Positions 15,991-19,769 of a stretch of DNA of 19,769 bases are shown one piece after another (within the stretch, counting starts at the first letter, position 1; every line of letters begins with the position of its first letter). The translations under genes and the position numbers were made by a program. The stretch covers positions 1 to 19,769 of the forward strand of contig JBGAJQ010000085.1 of NCBI GenBank assembly GCA_044224875.1, written 5' to 3'. The notes beneath the pieces are model-generated. The model was given only the letters and a program-made list of their open reading frames with translations, was not told where the DNA came from and searched no databases. This DNA is from Gemmatimonadaceae bacterium. Its GTDB lineage: Bacteria > Gemmatimonadota > Gemmatimonadetes > Gemmatimonadales > Gemmatimonadaceae.

Positions 15991-18900
15991 CTAGGCTGGT
16001 CGATCGGAGAGCGGGGCAGCGACAACCGACGTCGCGTGGGCCGGCAACGGAATGTTCGAAGCAGGCGACGCCATTTCCTCAGCCGGAGCCCGCTTCCAAC
16101 GCCGTCCCCACTCGTCGAAGTACGTGTAGACCACGGGCGTCACGTACAGGGTGACGAGCTGCGAGAAGGCTAGGCCGCCGACCACCGCGATGCCCAGCGG
16201 GCGCCGGGACTCGGCCCCGGCTCCAGTACCGAGTGCGATTGGCAGCGTACCGACGAGGGCAGCCATCGTCGTCATCATGATCGGCCGGAATCGCACGAGG
16301 CACGCCTCGATGATCGCCTCGGTGGCGCTGGAGTTGTGCTGACGCTCGGCTTCTATGGCAAAGTCGATCATCATGATGCCGTTCTTCTTCACCAGGCCGA
16401 CGAGCATGATCACACCTACCCAGGCGTACATCGTCAGCTCCGTTCGCGTCACCATCATCGCAAGGAGGGCTCCGAACGCCGCGAACGGGATGCCCGAGAG
16501 AATGGTGATGGGATGAATGAAGCTCTCGTACAGGATCCCCAACACGACGTAGATGACGAAGATCGCCACGATGAACAGGAGCCCAAGCCCCTGTTGCGTG
16601 GCCTGGAACGCCGCGGCCGTCCCTGAGAACCCGGTGGTGATGCCCTCGGCCAAGGTGGTTCGCGACGCCGACTGGACCTGGCTCACGGCCTCGCCGAGTG
16701 AAGCCCCGGCCGCCAGGTTGAACGACAGCGTGACGGATGGCACCTGTCCCGTGTGATTGACTTGCGTGGGGCCAACGGTCGTGGTGACCGTCGTCAGGCT
16801 CGACAGTGGGACCAAGGTGCCGCTCTTCGAGCGCACGTATAGCAGCTCGAGCGCGGAAAGGTCACGCTGAAACTCGGGGAGCAGCTCCAGGATGACCCAG
16901 TACTCATTGTTCGGCGTGTAGATCGTCGACACCTGACGCGAACCGTAGGCGTTGTACAGCGCGTTCTCCACCTGGTCCGGGGTGACACCGTATTGCGCCG
17001 CGCGATCGCGATCGAGCAGGACCGAGGCCTGAGGATTCGCCACCAGCAAGTCCGTGGATACGTCCGTCAGCGCCGGCAGCTGCTTCATCTTCTTCTCGAG
17101 CGCGCGTGCCCCGGTGTACAGCAGGTTCAGGTCGGAGCCCTGTAGCGTGTACTGATACAGTGCCTTTGCGCTTCGGCCGCCGATGTTCAACGCGGGTGTG
17201 TTCTGCACATACACTGCGAGTCCCGGAACACTATTCAACTCCTTCGAGAGCATGCGCACCATCTCGTCGGCACCCGGACGCTTGCTGCGGTCGATCATGG
17301 CAAACGTCAATCGCCCTTGGCTGGCGAGTCCCACGCTATTCCCCGAGCCTGTCCCCAAATTCGAGAGCACGGCCTCGATGTACGGATTCCTCTGTGCCTG
17401 GGCTGCGGCCAGTTTCTGCTTCTCGACCATCCCTTCGAACGACGTTCCCTGGGCCGCTTCGGTCGACGCTCGAATCCGGCCCGTGTCCTCGGATGGAATG
17501 AAACCTTTCGGAATGAAGATGTAGAGCAGTACGGTGCCAGCCAGCGTGGCTGCGGAGAATAGCATCACCAGCGGGCGATGGTTCATCGCCGTGCGCAACG
17601 TGCGACCGTAGAAGCCGTGCGTGGCCTCGTAGCCGCGCTCGAAGGCATCCAGGAACCAGTTATGGATGGCGTGTTCCTCGTGCTTCCCACCCTGCAGAAA
17701 GCGCGCGCCGAGCATCGGAGTCAGCGTCACAGAGACCAGGCCCGACACCAGGATCGCGACGCCGATCGTGACGGCAAACTCATGAAACAGCCGCCCGATC
17801 AGTCCCCCCATGAACAGGATCGGGATGAAGACGGCCGTCAGCGACAACGTCATCGAGAGGATGGTGAAGCCCACTTCCTTGGCCCCGTCGAGCGCCGCCT
17901 GCAATGGCGTCTTTCCCATCTCCAGATGGCGCACGATGTTCTCCAGCATCACGATCGCGTCGTCCACGACGAACCCGACGGCGAGTGTGAGCGCCATGAG
18001 GGACAAGTTGTCCAGGCTGTAACCGAGGAGCCACATCACCGCGAACGTCCCCACCACAGACATCGGGAGTGCGAGACTGGGAATGACCGTCGCTGGGATG
18101 TTCCGCAAGAACAGGAAGATCACCAAGACGACCAGGCACAGGGTGAGTACCAGCGTGAACTTCACATCGTGCACGGATGCCCGAATACCCACGGAGCGAT
18201 CGTAAAACGTCGACAGCTCAACCGCTGCTGGCAGCTGCTCGCGGATGCGCGGCATCATGTCGTTGATGGCATCCGCGACCTGCACCGTGTTGGTGCCGGG
18301 CTGTTTCTGGATGGCGACGGTGATCGAACGGGTACCGTTGTACCACGCGGCCACCCGGTTGTTCTGCACGTCGTCCTTCACGTGGCCCAGGTCCTTGAGC
18401 CGCACGGGCGCGCCATTGCGGTACGCCACGATCACATCGCCGAACTCTTCCGCATTCGACAGCTGGCCGTTCGCCTGCAGCGTGTAGGCGCGGGTCTTTC
18501 CCCACAGGACCCCCGTGGGAAGGTTCACGTTGTTCTGGTTCACGGCCGACGCTACTTCGTCGATTCCGATACCTCGAGCGGCCAGCGCCCGCGGATCTAC
18601 CTGAATGCGCGTGGCGTACTTCTGCGTCCCGAACAACGTCACCTGCGCCACCCCGTTCACCATCGATAGTCGCTGCCCAATGATCGTCTGCCCGATTTCG
18701 TCGAGCGTGGAGAGTGGCAATGTTGGTGAGCGGAGGTTCAGGTAGAGGATCGGCTCGTCGGCAGGGTTCGACTTGTTCATCGACGGCGGCACGATCCCGG
18801 GCGGCAGGTCGCGCAGCGTCTTCGAGATCGCCGACTGGATGTCCTGGGCAGCCGCGTCGATGTTGCGATCCAGAGCGAACTGGATGGTGATCGACGTGCT

Positions 18901-19161
18901 GCCTAACGCACTGGTGCTCACCATGTTGTCGATGCCGGCAATCGTGGTGAACTGCTTCTCCAGCGGCGTGGCCACCGACGCCGCCATTGTTTCCGCACTG
19001 GCGCCGGGAAGTCCGGCTGACACGGTGATGGTCGGATAATCCACGTTCGGCAAATCGCTGACCGGCAACTGCTGATACGCCATGATCCCGAACACGAGGA
19101 TCGTGGCCATGACGAGCGTGGTCATGACCGGCCGACGGATGAACAACGCGGTGAAGTTCAT
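15991..19161 (-). CDS. RND efflux transporter permease (HAE1, MdtB/MdtC-like; 1056 aa)
   Basis: Motifs FIRRPVMTT, LPVSDLPNVDYPTI, AVGFVVDDAIVMLEN, LYESFIHPITIL, GLVKKNGIMMIDFA and RFRPIMMTT. Confidence 0.95.
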   Translation of the reverse strand: MNFTALFIRRPVMTTLVMATILVFGIMAYQQLPVSDLPNVDYPTITVSAGLPGASAETMAASVATPLEKQFTTIAGIDNMVSTSALGSTSITIQFALDRNIDAAAQDIQSAISKTLRDLPPGIVPPSMNKSNPADEPILYLNLRSPTLPLSTLDEIGQTIIGQRLSMVNGVAQVTLFGTQKYATRIQVDPRALAARGIGIDEVASAVNQNNVNLPTGVLWGKTRAYTLQANGQLSNAEEFGDVIVAYRNGAPVRLKDLGHVKDDVQNNRVAAWYNGTRSITVAIQKQPGTNTVQVADAINDMMPRIREQLPAAVELSTFYDRSVGIRASVHDVKFTLVLTLCLVVLVIFLFLRNIPATVIPSLALPMSVVGTFAVMWLLGYSLDNLSLMALTLAVGFVVDDAIVMLENIVRHLEMGKTPLQAALDGAKEVGFTILSMTLSLTAVFIPILFMGGLIGRLFHEFAVTIGVAILVSGLVSVTLTPMLGARFLQGGKHEEHAIHNWFLDAFERGYEATHGFYGRTLRTAMNHRPLVMLFSAATLAGTVLLYIFIPKGFIPSEDTGRIRASTEAAQGTSFEGMVEKQKLAAAQAQRNPYIEAVLSNLGTGSGNSVGLASQGRLTFAMIDRSKRPGADEMVRMLSKELNSVPGLAVYVQNTPALNIGGRSAKALYQYTLQGSDLNLLYTGARALEKKMKQLPALTDVSTDLLVANPQASVLLDRDRAAQYGVTPDQVENALYNAYGSRQVSTIYTPNNEYWVILELLPEFQRDLSALELLYVRSKSGTLVPLSSLTTVTTTVGPTQVNHTGQVPSVTLSFNLAAGASLGEAVSQVQSASRTTLAEGITTGFSGTAAAFQATQQGLGLLFIVAIFVIYVVLGILYESFIHPITILSGIPFAAFGALLAMMVTRTELTMYAWVGVIMLVGLVKKNGIMMIDFAIEAERQHNSSATEAIIEACLVRFRPIMMTTMAALVGTLPIALGTGAGAESRRPLGIAVVGGLAFSQLVTLYVTPVVYTYFDEWGRRWKRAPAEEMASPASNIPLPAHATSVVAAPLSDRPA

Positions 19162-19769
19162 GGCGCACTCCTGCCAGCCGCGGCGCCCTTGCTTGGACTG
19201 CGGGCCGGCTCCGGCGCAGGCTTGGGGCCGCTGGCCGCTCCCGCCAGATCAACTTCGGCACCGGGTGTCAATCGCGACTGACCGTCGATGACGACGGTCG
19301 CGCCCGACGTCACGCCCACGGACACGATCGTCTGGTCGCCGGCCACGCGGGCAATGGTGACCTTCTGCATCTGTGCCTTCTTCTGGCCATCGATCACGTA
19401 CACGAACGGACCGTCCTGTCCGTTCATGACCGCTTCGTTTGGTACCAGAACCACGTTCGAATCCACGTGCAACACCAACGACACGGAGACGAACTGGCCC
19501 GGCCAGAGCCGCCCGTCGGCGTTGTCGAACCGCGCCTTCAGCGTCACCGTTCCCGTGGTGGTGTCCACGCCGTTGTCCACGAAATCGAGCACGCCGGACA
19601 CCGCCTTCGCGTCGCCCCGCGGCACCACAGACACCGGCAGGCTCCGCCCTCGCGAGTACTGCTGAACACTCGGCAGTTCACGATCCGGCACGGCAAAGCG
19701 TACGAGAATCGGATGGATCTGATTGATGACGACGAGTGGCGGATTGGTACCCGGCCGCACCAGGTTGCC
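19158..19769 (-). CDS. RND periplasmic adaptor (membrane fusion protein), 5'-truncated by the window edge
   Basis: GNLVRPG...DFVDNGVDTTTGTVTLKARFDN..LWPGQFV..VPNEAV..VVIDGQSRL. ATGA overlap with the RND gene; the frame is open to the window end. Confidence 0.93.
   Translation of the reverse strand, partial: GNLVRPGTNPPLVVINQIHPILVRFAVPDRELPSVQQYSRGRSLPVSVVPRGDAKAVSGVLDFVDNGVDTTTGTVTLKARFDNADGRLWPGQFVSVSLVLHVDSNVVLVPNEAVMNGQDGPFVYVIDGQKKAQMQKVTIARVAGDQTIVSVGVTSGATVVIDGQSRLTPGAEVDLAGAASGPKPAPEPARSPSKGAAAGRSAP

Noticed and set aside
1..19769. Mobile elements, CRISPR arrays, tRNA/rRNA, defence systems
   Set aside because: I see no transposase, integrase or nuclease motifs, spaced repeats or compositional break. 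Nearly all bases are explained by the listed genes.

Overview
GC-rich, gene-dense bacterial window of mostly core metabolism. By impression it is Gemmatimonadota-like, but taxonomy cannot be proven from the sequence. (1) 1-8003 (+): a cbb3-type cytochrome c oxidase operon with its maturation genes, in the order fused ccoNO (5'-truncated by the window), ccoQ, single-heme ccoP, ccoG, ccoH/fixH, a DsbD_2/TauE-like membrane protein, the ccoI Cu-ATPase and ccoS. ccoS is absent from the ORF track, and ccoQ appears there only as the tail of a longer ORF. (2) 8016-12647: a GNAT acetyltransferase and Tat-signal M24 peptidase (-), divergent from a signal-peptide M55/DppA-like aminopeptidase and a CoA-transferase (+). 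(3) 12688-15895 (-): two tandem exported amidohydrolase paralogs, the upstream one broken by a ~107-nt frameshifting deletion at 14560. (4) 15991-19769 (-): an RND efflux transporter and a partial MFP. I see no mobile element, CRISPR, tRNA or rRNA, and no convincing new biological system. The most notable items are the deleted paralog, the mosaic divergence of the paralog pair and the cluster of exported amide/peptide hydrolases.
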